Assembly (NCBI RefSeq): GCF_006345805.1
Contig: NC_043001.1
Location: 74,214,001 to 74,278,000, forward strand
DNA: 64,000 bases
Direction of reading: 5' to 3'
Source: Octopus sinensis
Taxonomy: Eukaryota
Each line of letters begins with the position of its first letter. The first letter of the stretch is position 1. The position numbers and the translations under genes were made by a program. Under the pieces are notes generated by a model. That model was not told the origin of the DNA. It worked only from the letters and a program-made list of their open reading frames with translations, and did not search any database. Of this stretch, positions 63,576 through 64,000 are shown in pieces.

Positions 63576-64000
63576 CAGGTGACTTCCAAAAGATGAAAAG
63601 TGAAGTCGACCTCTACGGAATTTGAACTCAGAACGTTAGCTAACTCCCTCCGTCCAATCAACAGGTACACGCTGTGTCACACATCAGCTGTCGAAATGAT
63701 TAAAGGGCAACATGAGATTAAGTGTTTTGCTCATGAGCTAAATGCACCGCCCTGTCCGGGAATTGAACTCACGATCTTACGATCGTGAGCGCAACATCCT
63801 AATACTAGACCATGCGCCACCTCATGCCATTGGAACACTCAGCCATTGAAACGCTAATTCCTCACGTAGATCGTCCAGTTGGTCAAATGATTGTTCTCTC
63901 ACACATGAGTACTCAGGTGTTTGATCAACTGAACTGTCACACGTTATTAAATTTCACGCGGTATGGATCGATACAATGCTAAGATAAATGAATATGTATT

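Overview
AT-rich, repeat-dominated eukaryotic genomic DNA. The mix of tRNA-headed SINEs, RTE/CR1/Dong-R4-like LINEs, mariner, hAT, Helitron and very dense microsatellites fits an invertebrate, most likely an octopod cephalopod (inference from repeat character, not a search). No rRNA, functional tRNA or CRISPR is supported. Almost all long ORFs are transposon relics or microsatellite artefacts. The only good host-gene signal is a minus-strand exon at 324-644 (open frame, clean AG/GT boundaries, weak PX-domain resemblance), with possible upstream exons at 11.1 and 12.5 kb. The most interesting signal is a set of non-coding mobile elements carrying self-cleaving ribozyme motifs. There are six well-formed type I hammerheads (2165, 39141, 40841, 42326, 42739, 45231) in five sequence contexts, plus degenerate ones. 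Four have palindromic, dimer-type stem III, and two unrelated elements share a non-canonical CCGAUGA (U4C) core. They sit in fold-back or partial-tandem, mostly (TA)n-flanked units resembling Penelope pLTRs or non-LTR retrozymes; no Penelope ORF is present in the window. Also notable: an HDV-like ribozyme candidate at 20433, a nest of (TAA)n-targeted elements at 16-19 kb, a second RLE-LINE family abutting (CATA/CATC)n, a CR1/SINE shared 3' stem-loop with compensatory changes, and a 212-bp templated insertion. All ribozyme and family calls were made by eye and need computational and biochemical confirmation.
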